DNA of 44,455 nucleotides from a virus (IMGVR_UViG_3300046833_000111:1-44455); one strand, 5' to 3'; counted from the stretch's first letter, positions 27,052 through 35,196 are shown. Made by a program: numbers and translations. The notes: generated by a model not told the origin, from the letters alone.

Positions 27052-27257
27052 AGGAAATCAGGCCTCCTGATGATCTCGCCGCAGCACTGGCAGTGGTCCG
27101 CGACTAGGTAGCCGATTGCCGTGCCGGTCGCGTCGTATGCGTAGATGGGGTCGAGGTGCGTCCGGTCGCATCGTGGGCTGTGCGGCATGATGCCGCCCTT
27201 GGCAAACCCGTCAGGGGTTAGGTGGGCGCGCCAGCATTCCTCGTGGCCTTCGTTCAT
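27048..27257 (-). CDS. Hypothetical Cys/His protein containing FAKGGIMP
   Basis: Start MNEGHEE with GGAGG RBS and ATGA overlap. Confidence 0.65.
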   Translation of the reverse strand: MNEGHEECWRAHLTPDGFAKGGIMPHSPRCDRTHLDPIYAYDATGTAIGYLVADHCQCCGEIIRRPDFL

Positions 27258-27493
27258 GCTTCCTCCCACTGTGCGTCTGGGTGGAGGTTGACGCGGTTGG
27301 GGCCTACCGTCACGGTGATGTTCTCCCACGCACCAGCGGTGAGACGGTCGCCTTCGGTGCAGAGGTAGCTCTCGTGGATCTGCTTTCGCTCGGCGTCGAT
27401 CGCGAGCAGGGTCCCGGTGAGGGTGATGCTCTCGTCGACGATGCGCACCTGCTTGCCGATGTGAGCGAGCGTCAGTGTGGTGATCGGGCTCAT
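27254..27493 (-). CDS. Hypothetical protein (79 aa)
   Basis: Start MSPITT with GAGGA RBS and ATGA overlap. Confidence 0.7.
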   Translation of the reverse strand: MSPITTLTLAHIGKQVRIVDESITLTGTLLAIDAERKQIHESYLCTEGDRLTAGAWENITVTVGPNRVNLHPDAQWEEA

Positions 27494-28104
27494 GCTGCGG
27501 TCCTCTTCTTCCTCTTGTGCTTCTTCTCGCGTTCGCGGGCGGCGAGGCGTTCGATGACGTCCCGCTCGAGCAGGTGTAGCCCGCATGTGTGGCACTTCCA
27601 CGTCTGATCCCCACCGGGCTCGTCTGGTGGGTGTTGGTGGAGGTTCAGCCGGCCACAGTTCCGGCAGCGGGCGTCGATGCGTTCTGGGGTTGGGGTGAGC
27701 GGGAACCTCCCTGAGGCCTTCTGCCACCGCTTGATGATGTCCGCCTCGATGTCCCCCGCGAGGTCACGATCCTGGACGAGTGGGTGCTGGTGCTCGATGA
27801 ACCGTGCCAACGCCGCGGCCTGATGTTGGGCGGTCGATGCGTCCATGTGGGCTGGGATGCCCCTGTGCCCACCCCAGGCGCGTGCCCTTGGTGGTTTCGT
27901 GCCGAGCATGTCTGCGATTGCGCCGGCGTGCTCGACGAGGGCCCCGAACAGGTCATCCGCCATGTCCAGTGGGCCCAGGCTTGTGGGTGCGTGCTTCGCG
28001 TATCCGGGCGCTCGTCGTTCGGACTCCCCACCGCGGCCTGGCTCGAGCCGTGTGCGGAGTTCCCCGATGAGGCCGGGGAGGTCGTGGAGTGCGGTGGTGA
28101 ACAT
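27490..28104 (-). CDS. Zn-ribbon-containing protein, possible late transcription regulator
   Basis: Start MFTTAL (TGATG overlap); CRNCG...WKCHTCG; position at the early/late boundary. Function is inferred. Confidence 0.6.
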   Translation of the reverse strand: MFTTALHDLPGLIGELRTRLEPGRGGESERRAPGYAKHAPTSLGPLDMADDLFGALVEHAGAIADMLGTKPPRARAWGGHRGIPAHMDASTAQHQAAALARFIEHQHPLVQDRDLAGDIEADIIKRWQKASGRFPLTPTPERIDARCRNCGRLNLHQHPPDEPGGDQTWKCHTCGLHLLERDVIERLAAREREKKHKRKKRTAA

Positions 28105-28337
28105 CAGCGCCTCTCGATCTTGATGCGGTTCGCCTCGACCTGCCGTGCGGTCGCTCGGAGTGCCCAGGCGAGGGGTGTGCCGGTCGTGTCGGTGAGGTCT
28201 TGGGCCATGCGTGTGCACTCGAGTTCGATCTGTGCGGGATCCCCCGGCATGCCCTTCTCCCTCATCGCCTTTCCGAGGCGTTGGATCGCTTCCTGCAGTT
28301 CGACGGTCGCGGCGTGGATGTCGTCCACCCGGCTCAT
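28104..28337 (-). CDS. Hypothetical protein (77 aa)
   Basis: Start MSRVDD with ATGA overlap. Confidence 0.65.
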   Translation of the reverse strand: MSRVDDIHAATVELQEAIQRLGKAMREKGMPGDPAQIELECTRMAQDLTDTTGTPLAWALRATARQVEANRIKIERR

Positions 28338-28978
28338 GCGGCCCCCTGTGTGGGTGCTTCGTGGATGAGGGTGGGGATGATCTGGTCGGCTTGGTCCTGC
28401 TGGGTGGGGGTGAGGTCGAGGCGGGTGATGAGCTGTTGGAGGATCCATGAGAACTGCGCACTGGTGCGTTCTGCGAGCTTGACCTGCCGCTCCTCAATCC
28501 CAGCCCGGAGAGCATCGGACGTGTACTTGGCGAGTTGGTCCTGTGCTTTGTGGAGCAGCTGGTAGATGATGTGCTGCGCCGCCTCTCGTGTCTCCTCCGA
28601 CGTCGACCCGAACGCCGTCTCACCCTTCTTCCGCTTCGTCACTCCCCAGAACAGGTCATCGTCCGACTCGAGCGCTTGGATCTTCGCGTCCAACCACTCC
28701 ACTTCCGTCGCCTTCGTCGCGACGAGGTTGAGGAGGATCTGAGCGGGGTCGGGGCTCGTGTCGTCGAGGCGCATGCCGAGCCGCCGGCGGAGGAGACGTT
28801 CAGCGCGGGCCTGCATCGCCGCTTCGACTCCGCGTCGTTTGGCGGCTTTGCGTACTTGAGGTGCGTTTCCGCCGTGGTGGTAGCACACTGATCCACCTTT
28901 GATGGCGGGCCGCGTGCATTGTTTACCTGTGGTGCGTGCTGTTGCCGTGCACTGGTGTTTGAACGCACTCACTACCAT
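28334..28978 (-). CDS. terS: Probable terminase small subunit (Cys/HGG N-terminus)
   Basis: QC.A....TG.QC..PAIKG..VC..HGG.APQV..AA and AL.AG.EERQVKLAE motifs typical of actinophage small terminases. Confidence 0.72.
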   Translation of the reverse strand: MVVSAFKHQCTATARTTGKQCTRPAIKGGSVCYHHGGNAPQVRKAAKRRGVEAAMQARAERLLRRRLGMRLDDTSPDPAQILLNLVATKATEVEWLDAKIQALESDDDLFWGVTKRKKGETAFGSTSEETREAAQHIIYQLLHKAQDQLAKYTSDALRAGIEERQVKLAERTSAQFSWILQQLITRLDLTPTQQDQADQIIPTLIHEAPTQGAA

Positions 28979-29058
28979 TTCACCGCCTCGCTTGCTACCA
29001 CGGATCGGACGACGACGCCCAGTGCCGTGAGGTAACGATCCGCGTTATCGACTCCCAT
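28972..29058 (-). CDS. Possible leaderless 28-aa ORF upstream of terS
   Basis: MGVDNADRYLTALGVVVRSVVASEAVKW*; CACAAT -10 lies 7 nt upstream; its TAG overlaps an in-frame GTG of terS. Confidence 0.4.
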   Translation of the reverse strand: MGVDNADRYLTALGVVVRSVVASEAVKW

Positions 29059-29164
29059 AGGATCAATTGTGCGATGTCACCGCGGACATTAGCCAGGACG
29101 GCACCCAACGCCGTGTCCGAGCCTCCCGATACTGTGCGAGGACGCACGACCTTCAGGAGGCACG

Positions 29165-29905
29165 GTGTTTGAGCTGGAGTACAAGTTCCCGATAGCTGTC
29201 GTCAGTCAAGATGACGAATCTCTGATGCAGGGATTGGCGTGGGTCGCACGCCATAAGAAGGACGACCCGGATGCGGATGGGGTTACCGTGTGGGCTCATG
29301 GCAAGCAGAATCTCGGGTACAACGAGATCATCCGGACATTGGTCGGCCGGCCGGGTGTTCATGCGATCACCGGGCGCGGATTCAGTTCTGTGAGGGTGCG
29401 CGGCCCTTTGATCATGGCGTGGGCCAACCCGGAGGACATCGGCGAGCTGATGAAGTTCAGCGCGTCACGGGTGACGGCTTTGCTCGTTATCGGGTGGACT
29501 ACCCCGAAGCAGTACCCGTGGGCATACTTCGCGGGTGCTGAGTTCATCGGCAACCCGGACTACTGGCACACCCATGATGTGCACATCCACCCAGTCGTGG
29601 AGAGGGTGATGGCTGGGATCACTCGGAGCGTCAATCACAACAACACGATTGCCGCCGGGACGGAGAAAGACTGGACTGTCGGTCCACTTCTGCAGCTTCA
29701 CGACCGCGGCTATGTGCTTGACGAGGATGTTCTTGTCGGCTGGGCTGTTGCGCACGGCTGGTGCGGTTCGAATCCTAAGGAGCTCGGGGAGTACGTTCGG
29801 AAGATCAACCGGGGTACTCGTCCGCGGGTGAGCCGGGGGTCGACCCGCCAGGGTTACGTGAAGTCGATTGAGGATGACCTCCGTGAAGCTGGCGTTGAAA
29901 TTTAG
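29165..29905 (+). CDS. Reverse-oriented accessory protein; C-terminal helical domain reminiscent of DUF1889/YoaC
   Basis: AGGAGG RBS; more A/T-ending codons than flanking genes; HPVVE.....T..VN...L..L...G......V..WA...GW......L.....KI..G..PR pattern recognised by eye. Confidence 0.8.
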   Translation: MFELEYKFPIAVVSQDDESLMQGLAWVARHKKDDPDADGVTVWAHGKQNLGYNEIIRTLVGRPGVHAITGRGFSSVRVRGPLIMAWANPEDIGELMKFSASRVTALLVIGWTTPKQYPWAYFAGAEFIGNPDYWHTHDVHIHPVVERVMAGITRSVNHNNTIAAGTEKDWTVGPLLQLHDRGYVLDEDVLVGWAVAHGWCGSNPKELGEYVRKINRGTRPRVSRGSTRQGYVKSIEDDLREAGVEI

Positions 29906-29953
29906 TCGGCTGAGGTCCCACACGTGTGGCTCTGGTGTGGTCAGGATGGCCGC

Positions 29954-30103
29954 ATGAGTATCGAGTATGACAATCGTGGGCTAACTGTCGATGTTGAGTG
30001 GTGCGCCGAGCATGGCGGGCATGGTCCGATCTCTGCGTGGCGTGAGCGCGGCGTTGAGTATCGGGAGTGTTCGGTATGTGGGGCCTCGCGGTCGTCGGGG
30101 TGA
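29954..30103 (+). CDS. 49-aa Zn-ribbon-like protein (CxxH...CxxC)
   Basis: Manual translation MSIEYDNRGLTVDVEWCAEHGGHGPISAWRERGVEYRECSVCGASRSSG*; ends 2 nt before a strong hairpin. Confidence 0.6.
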   Translation: MSIEYDNRGLTVDVEWCAEHGGHGPISAWRERGVEYRECSVCGASRSSG

Positions 30104-30105
30104 CG

Positions 30106-30154
30106 CCCCCGCAGGATGATGGGCATCGCACACCCGCCCATCATCCTGCGGGGG
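30106..30154. terminator. Perfect 19-bp inverted repeat, probable bidirectional terminator
   Basis: CCCCCGCAGGATGATGGGC-N11-GCCCATCATCCTGCGGGGG between convergent genes. Confidence 0.8.
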
Positions 30155-30163
30155 TTCTCGCCA

Positions 30164-30568
30164 CTACTTCCCACTGGTGGGGTGTTGGTGTGATGTTGAG
30201 TGGGAAGCTGCCGCCCCTTGGACCGCTGCCACGGTTTGGCAGGGCCAGACGCCTGCGGTCCGCTGGCACGCCCCGCAGAAGTGCGCGCCCGGTTCGTCGT
30301 GGAACTCCTCCGGCTGATGCAGGTCAAGGACGGCCCGGAGAGCGGCGACCGCGGCGGGGAGCGCGGTGCGGGAGTGAGCGATCCACTCCGCGTTGCCCTC
30401 GTGGTTGTCAGTCACGTCACCAATGGTTCGGTGGCCCACCTCGGGTGCGATCGTGTGGTGATGCTGAAATGATCGGTCCTGCCATGACCCGGTTCGCCAC
30501 GGTCCCTGCGTCGCGTTCTGGTCGAGGGTGTGGGTGTGGTCGAGCCACGCCCGGATAGTGTCACTCAT
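30164..30568 (-). CDS. Ead/Ea22-like phage protein
   Basis: AT.GPW...NAEWIAH.R..LP..VA.LRAVL.LH motif; C-terminal CxxC...WPC. Confidence 0.7.
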   Translation of the reverse strand: MSDTIRAWLDHTHTLDQNATQGPWRTGSWQDRSFQHHHTIAPEVGHRTIGDVTDNHEGNAEWIAHSRTALPAAVAALRAVLDLHQPEEFHDEPGAHFCGACQRTAGVWPCQTVAAVQGAAASHSTSHQHPTSGK

Positions 30569-30701
30569 CGCTGTCTCCTTCGTATCTCATCCACGGGCAC
30601 CCGCACTGCTGGCCGGAGACGACGGCCCAGCATTCGTTCGCGTCGTGGTCGTCTATGAGGTGACCGCACGTGAGGCATGGCAGTGCGTACACGTCACGCA
30701 T
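30561..30701 (-). CDS. Small Cys/His protein
   Basis: MRDVYALPCLTCGH...H...C.......CGC. Confidence 0.6.
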   Translation of the reverse strand: MRDVYALPCLTCGHLIDDHDANECWAVVSGQQCGCPWMRYEGDSDE

Positions 30702-30963
30702 GGTTTCCCCCGTCCTTGCAGGCGTTGAGCATGAAGCTGCGCGAGTCGGCCAGGTCGACCACGTAGGCACCGCACAGCGTGCAGTAGCCGACCATGACCC
30801 GGCGGCCTTCCCACCACTCCCACCTGCACGTGACGCCTGGCGTCAGCCCTGATCCGACGCACCTGAGACCCGGCACCGTGTTGTGCCTGCGGAGGTCGCC
30901 GGACTTCGTGAGCGTGACGGTCTTGCCGCAGAGACCGCATGGCGTTGCGTCACCCATCGTCAC
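30694..30963 (-). CDS. Small Cys-rich protein
   Basis: CGLCGK...LRRH...C.GSG...CTLCG; overlaps both neighbours. Confidence 0.62.
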   Translation of the reverse strand: MTMGDATPCGLCGKTVTLTKSGDLRRHNTVPGLRCVGSGLTPGVTCRWEWWEGRRVMVGYCTLCGAYVVDLADSRSFMLNACKDGGNHA

Positions 30964-31303
30964 TCACCGCCGCGTCGAGGACAGCACGCGCGTTCCCAAC
31001 GTAGGTCTCGTACAGGTGAGGGAAGTCCGGGTACGGCTTGTTCTTCCACCCGTCGCGCAGCTCCTCCCACGACCACTGGGCCTCCGCGCTGTTCTCGTAC
31101 AGCGCCCGCGCTCCGCGTTCGACGGCCTCGTCGGACAGCAGTGCCTCCCGCGAGGCACCCCAGCCCGCACGGAAGCCCGCCTGCCAGTCCGGCGACGACG
31201 CCTTCCCGGTGGCAGGGTAGGCCGCCTCGATCATTGCGTCCGACTGTCGCTGCCACAGGGCTGCACGCTCCTCAGCGGCGCTGTCGGTCTCGTCCCGGTT
31301 CAC
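30950..31303 (-). CDS. Hypothetical protein (117 aa)
   Basis: GGAGG RBS, GTGA overlap; SDEAVER.ARALY...W.....Y...ARAVL.AA pattern. Confidence 0.7.
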   Translation of the reverse strand: MNRDETDSAAEERAALWQRQSDAMIEAAYPATGKASSPDWQAGFRAGWGASREALLSDEAVERGARALYENSAEAQWSWEELRDGWKNKPYPDFPHLYETYVGNARAVLDAAVSDDG

Positions 31304-31560
31304 TGTCCCGCCTCCTCCCGGTAGGGGTTGCGGGGCACGTCAGGGAACGCCGCCTGGCCCTCGTTGTACTCGCGCACGCCGATGCAGTAGCGGTCCCACT
31401 CCGCAGCGCACTCGCCCCACGCGTCCGCCTTGATGCGGGCGATGAAGCGGTCCGCGTACTCCGCGTACATCCCGTAAAGCACGAGCTCTTCCTGCGGCGT
31501 CAGCGGCTCCACGTCAGCCAGCTGGGGCCGCTCCGCCTGAGAATCCGTACCGTCGCTCAT
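31300..31560 (-). CDS. Hypothetical protein (86 aa)
   Basis: Start MSDGTD with ATGA overlap; KA.AW.E...NPYR pattern. Confidence 0.68.
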   Translation of the reverse strand: MSDGTDSQAERPQLADVEPLTPQEELVLYGMYAEYADRFIARIKADAWGECAAEWDRYCIGVREYNEGQAAFPDVPRNPYREEAGQ

Positions 31561-31937
31561 CGCTTCTCTCCTGTCATCTGGTGTGCGGCGGCGATTGCCT
31601 CCGCGAGCGTGGGGAACCCGGCCCCTCCCTCCTCGTCGCCTGCGACCCAGAACGGCTTCGCCCTCCACACATGCGGCACGGGGTGGCTCTCGCATTCCCG
31701 TAGCCCTGGGCATCGGTCGCGGTGAATCCTGCGCCGCATCTGGTCGTCGGTGAGGTCGGTCGTGACCGCCCTGTCGACCCACCGGTCGATCCCCTTCATG
31801 TATCCCCACCACGTGCCCCGCCGGTCGACGTACCGCCCGCTGGCGATGATCACGTCCGGGTCGCCGTCCACGGGGCAGGTGGGGTTCCGGGAGCCGATCT
31901 CCGTTTCGAGCTGCCTGCACGTGCACCGGTCACTCAC
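31557..31937 (-). CDS. Hypothetical protein (126 aa)
   Basis: GGAGG RBS and GTGA overlap; CTC...CPV.G N-terminus. Confidence 0.65.
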   Translation of the reverse strand: MSDRCTCRQLETEIGSRNPTCPVDGDPDVIIASGRYVDRRGTWWGYMKGIDRWVDRAVTTDLTDDQMRRRIHRDRCPGLRECESHPVPHVWRAKPFWVAGDEEGGAGFPTLAEAIAAAHQMTGEKR

Positions 31938-32248
31938 GACTCGTACCTCCACGAGTAGTAGTCGCCCTCCCAAATCAGCTCGACCGGGCCGGACACCACC
32001 TTGTGACGCCCGCCTGAGTACTGCTCCGGGATCATCGACCCGTCATCGAACCAGCCGTCCGTCCGCACGCAGTAACCCTGGTCACGCTTCTCGTGCTGGT
32101 CGTGGTCGGGCTGCGTCCGCTCCTCGCACACGTCGCACCACAGGCGGCACGGCGCGCCCTCCGGTGCGTTGCACGTGATCTGCCACTCCACGTCACCCAG
32201 CACGTCGATGATCACCTGCACCTGGTGCGGGTGGGTTGCTTCACTCAT
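31934..32248 (-). CDS. Hypothetical Cys/His protein (104 aa)
   Basis: Start MSEATH; C.APEGA.CR..C..C pattern. Confidence 0.68.
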   Translation of the reverse strand: MSEATHPHQVQVIIDVLGDVEWQITCNAPEGAPCRLWCDVCEERTQPDHDQHEKRDQGYCVRTDGWFDDGSMIPEQYSGGRHKVVSGPVELIWEGDYYSWRYES

Positions 32249-32253
32249 TGGTC

Positions 32254-32370
32254 TCATCCTCCTGTCACCATGCGGCACTGCCAGCTGCACACCGCGTCGA
32301 TCAAATCCCTCAGCTCCACGCCGCATACCTCGCAGGTCGTGCGGGGCTCACGCTTCTTGAACCAGCTCAC
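32254..32370 (-). CDS. 38-aa Cys protein (CxxC...CxxxC)
   Basis: Manual translation MSWFKKREPRTTCEVCGVELRDLIDAVCSWQCRMVTGG*; GTGA overlap; fills the gap. Confidence 0.55.
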   Translation of the reverse strand: MSWFKKREPRTTCEVCGVELRDLIDAVCSWQCRMVTGG

Positions 32371-32591
32371 GACTCACCGCCCAGGCCAAGGCGGTCCGCG
32401 ACCTCGTTCCAGTACCTGTCACCCACCACGCCGCGGGCATCCTGCGCGACCGCGACCGCGATCAGGTTGGCGGTGCGCTGCTCGTAGGCCAGGGCCAGGG
32501 TGGCCTCGATATGCGCGACCGCGAGCCGCCTCCTCCCGCTGAACGGGATCGGCCCGGCGAACGGGTTCGGGTGCATCACGGGTCGCTTCAC
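32367..32591 (-). CDS. Hypothetical protein (74 aa)
   Basis: GAGGAG RBS; ATLALAYEQRTANLIA motif. Confidence 0.7.
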   Translation of the reverse strand: MKRPVMHPNPFAGPIPFSGRRRLAVAHIEATLALAYEQRTANLIAVAVAQDARGVVGDRYWNEVADRLGLGGES

Positions 32592-33187
32592 GACTCCTCA
32601 CCGCCCGTCACCCGCACGCCCCGCGCATGAAGCTCGTGCGCGACGAGTTCGTTTCTCGCCCCGTTGATCCCGCTCGGCCACCCGTCGGCCAGCACGTCCG
32701 CGAGGTCCTTCCACGGCTCACGCTGAGGAGCGCGGGTGAGGACGCGGACGTGCTTGCGCAGGCCCCGGCCATCCGTCTCGGCACGAGTGATCACGAAGCG
32801 CTCAGAGACCCCGCGGCTGATGAGAACGTCCCCGGCGCGGTACTCGTCCGCGACCTCCGCCGCCTCGTACGCCGCCGCCAGGGAATCGAGGGACAGCGGC
32901 TGCCGCAGTGACTCGCGGTTGTTCAGGTCCTCACGAAGGCCCTCAATCTCAGCCCTCAGCTCGTCGTTCTCCGTCTCCAGCCGCGCAATCTTCACGTGGA
33001 GCTTGACCTTGCCGCGGTCCTCCACCACCGGCGTCCAGCCCTCGCGGGACATGTCCTCATCCGAGGCCCCCTCGCCATCGTGATCGACCCACGGGAGATT
33101 CCTGCCCGCATGGACCCGCCGGGCGATCTCATGCGTGCCCCGCACTGCCAGGTTCGCCTTCTCGAAATCTGCTGCTGTGTACGTCAT
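32588..33187 (-). CDS. Hypothetical protein with central coiled coil (199 aa)
   Basis: GGAGG RBS; IARLETENDELRAEIEGLREDL. Confidence 0.75.
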   Translation of the reverse strand: MTYTAADFEKANLAVRGTHEIARRVHAGRNLPWVDHDGEGASDEDMSREGWTPVVEDRGKVKLHVKIARLETENDELRAEIEGLREDLNNRESLRQPLSLDSLAAAYEAAEVADEYRAGDVLISRGVSERFVITRAETDGRGLRKHVRVLTRAPQREPWKDLADVLADGWPSGINGARNELVAHELHARGVRVTGGEES

Positions 33188-33345
33188 CGTGAAACCTCCT
33201 GTATGGGCCTAGGGCGGCCCGGAATCGTGTCGGTCATGTCCGTGTGCTGTCGTGGGGTGTTCGGCCCGCCCTGACCCCGCCCCGTGCGTCCCAGGCGACT
33301 GCGGAGCCACCCGTACGCCCTGCGGATCAGGTAGCGGGCGATCAT
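33184..33345 (-). CDS. Small basic hypothetical protein (53 aa)
   Basis: Manual translation MIARYLIRRAYGWLRSRLG...QEVSR*; ATGA overlaps at both ends. Confidence 0.5.
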   Translation of the reverse strand: MIARYLIRRAYGWLRSRLGRTGRGQGGPNTPRQHTDMTDTIPGRPRPIQEVSR

Positions 33346-33758
33346 GACGCCAGCGCCTTCGCCCCAGCGGCGAGGACGTGGGTGCCGCCGTGGTAGTCCA
33401 CGTACTCGCGCACTCCCATCCGCCCAGACGCCACCCAGCCCCGCAGGCGCCGCATCGCCTTGACCTCTTCCGCCGGCGTCCCGTAGTCCGCGGGGCGGAG
33501 GGTCAGGTGGCCGTCGAGGACGTGCCGCTCCACCTCCCGGATGCGAGCCGCCCGAATCCGCTTCACCCCGGCGACGATGTGCGCGGGCTTCAACCAGTCC
33601 GCGCTGTCCCGGTAGTGGTCCTTGACTGCGCTCTTCGCGTCCTCGAAATCCAGGCCGCCGATGAGGTCCGACCAGGCTTCAGCCATGAGGGTGCTCGTGT
33701 GCCTGCCGTCTATGCTGCTGATGTAGGCGAGCAGTGTGGCGATCTGTGTGGGGGTCAT
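33342..33758 (-). CDS. Replicative helicase loader/inhibitor-like protein
   Basis: MT......LL......D.R......AW......L...DA..AV..HY......L.PA.I; directly downstream of the initiator. Confidence 0.7.
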   Translation of the reverse strand: MTPTQIATLLAYISSIDGRHTSTLMAEAWSDLIGGLDFEDAKSAVKDHYRDSADWLKPAHIVAGVKRIRAARIREVERHVLDGHLTLRPADYGTPAEEVKAMRRLRGWVASGRMGVREYVDYHGGTHVLAAGAKALAS

Positions 33759-34567
33759 GCTGGGTCACCTCCTGGGAATGGCAGTTCGTTCTGCCGTTGG
33801 TTCTTGCTCTCCGCCCACGCGGCGAGGATGGCGATGTTCTGGTCCTCCTTCGCCTGGCCGCGTGGGCTGATTGGTGGTCGGCTGGCACGGTCCTGTCGGT
33901 ACTTCGCTTCACGGGCGAGCCAGTTGTGGAACGCCGCGGACCAGTCGGCCTTGCGTTCGTCCTTGCTGATCGCCCAGTTCACGAACTCCTCCGCGACCTG
34001 GTGCACGTCGAGCCCGAGCTGCTGAGCCTTCGCCTCGTGGGCGTCGGTGGGCGACCAGTCCTCGGGGATCGGCCGCGCTGGTCGCTTCCGGTCGGACTTG
34101 GCGGCGTCCCCCCGTGGGGGACCTACAGGGGGTAGTACTTCTGTCTCTGTCTCTGTCTCTGCTTTCATTTCGGTTAGGTTTTCGGTACCCGAGTCGCTAA
34201 CCGACTGGGTTTTGGTTCGGTTAGCGGGTCGCCCCCCTCGTTTACCGTTTTCCCTGTTCACAGCCTTGCGGCGCTCAACTTCGTCTCTGGTCTCCTGCAT
34301 TTCGGAGTACTCGTGCAGCAGGTAGTCGCCGTCGTCCAGCTCGACCAGTGATGGTCGCTCCGGATCGTTGGTTAGCAGTTCGGTAACCGCCTCGGTTCCC
34401 CATCGGTTAGCGATTCGCTTAGCGATTCGCCCATCGGTCAGGTATCGGCGCGAGTACAGGATCATCTCGACGTGAGCGCGGAACGCAGCATCAGACAGGG
34501 GTGCGATCTTCGGGTGATCCGCATAGTCCAGGTCGAACCGTGCGAACAGTGATGACCGCTTCGACAT
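33755..34567 (-). CDS. Replication initiator protein
   Basis: DHPKI..LSDAAFR...Y..R.LTDG.I, NG.RGGRP, ETETETE linker, C-terminal IP.DW.P...F..W...DW.AAF.NWL domain. Confidence 0.82.
   Translation of the reverse strand: MSKRSSLFARFDLDYADHPKIAPLSDAAFRAHVEMILYSRRYLTDGRIAKRIANRWGTEAVTELLTNDPERPSLVELDDGDYLLHEYSEMQETRDEVERRKAVNRENGKRGGRPANRTKTQSVSDSGTENLTEMKAETETETEVLPPVGPPRGDAAKSDRKRPARPIPEDWSPTDAHEAKAQQLGLDVHQVAEEFVNWAISKDERKADWSAAFHNWLAREAKYRQDRASRPPISPRGQAKEDQNIAILAAWAESKNQRQNELPFPGGDPA
34170..34430. repeat. Iteron-like TCGGTTAG(C) repeats inside the initiator gene, probable replication origin
   Basis: Copies near 34170, 34196-34204 (inverted), 34217, 34369 and 34403; tandem TTAGCGATTCGC x2 at 34407-34430. 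Confidence 0.65.
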
Positions 34568-34569
34568 CG

Positions 34570-34815
34570 TTACGCCACCTCCCCCGCTGGTCGGTTCGCG
34601 TACCGCAGTAGCCTGTCGGGGCGGAACCCGTACCAGTGGTCGTCATCGGTGACGACGACCGGGGCGGACTGATACCCCATCGCCTTCACCGCAGCCATAT
34701 CGTCCGGAGACGTGGACAGATCCACCGTCCGATAGGTGAGTCCGGCTTCGTTGAGCCAGCGCTTCGTTGAGTTGCACTGGACGCACGACGGGAGGGTGTA
34801 GACGGTGATGTTCAT
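34570..34815 (-). CDS. nrdH: NrdH-like glutaredoxin
   Basis: ITVYT.P.CVQC..TKR.L, G...APVV, W.GFRPD. Confidence 0.93.
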   Translation of the reverse strand: MNITVYTLPSCVQCNSTKRWLNEAGLTYRTVDLSTSPDDMAAVKAMGYQSAPVVVTDDDHWYGFRPDRLLRYANRPAGEVA

Positions 34816-35186
34816 GGTGTCTCCGATCTGCTGTTCAGTGCCGCTACCGCTCTGAATACCTGCATGGCTTCGTCATCGAAATGGACTGGCCTGGACTCCC
34901 CGGAGACCTGCCCGCAGTGCGAGCAGTGGCCACATTCGTTCGCTCCCCACTCGTGTGGGCACCCGTCCGGGTAGTCGCTGCTCTCCCAATCGATGTCGGC
35001 GAGATGGACAGGGAAGGTAACCGCGTCGATCGCGGCGAAGGACCGGCCGCGCTTGCTCATCCACATGCGCTGCGGGAATCCCATGTGAGTGTCGACCAGG
35101 CAACGTGCGGTTCCGTCCGCGTCGATCACCCACTGCCCCGGTTCCAGTGACCCGGCTTCTTCGGGTGTGCTGATGATGTTGTTCAT
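34812..35186 (-). CDS. Hypothetical protein with Cys/His cluster
   Basis: GAAAGGA RBS; CPH...CGHCSHCG. Confidence 0.7.
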   Translation of the reverse strand: MNNIISTPEEAGSLEPGQWVIDADGTARCLVDTHMGFPQRMWMSKRGRSFAAIDAVTFPVHLADIDWESSDYPDGCPHEWGANECGHCSHCGQVSGESRPVHFDDEAMQVFRAVAALNSRSETP

Positions 35187-35196
35187 GATGGTCCTT

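Noticed and set aside
34139-34161. (CTGTCT)n microsatellite as a phase-variation switch
   Set aside because: The 6-nt unit keeps the frame and encodes the ETETETE linker common in phage initiators.
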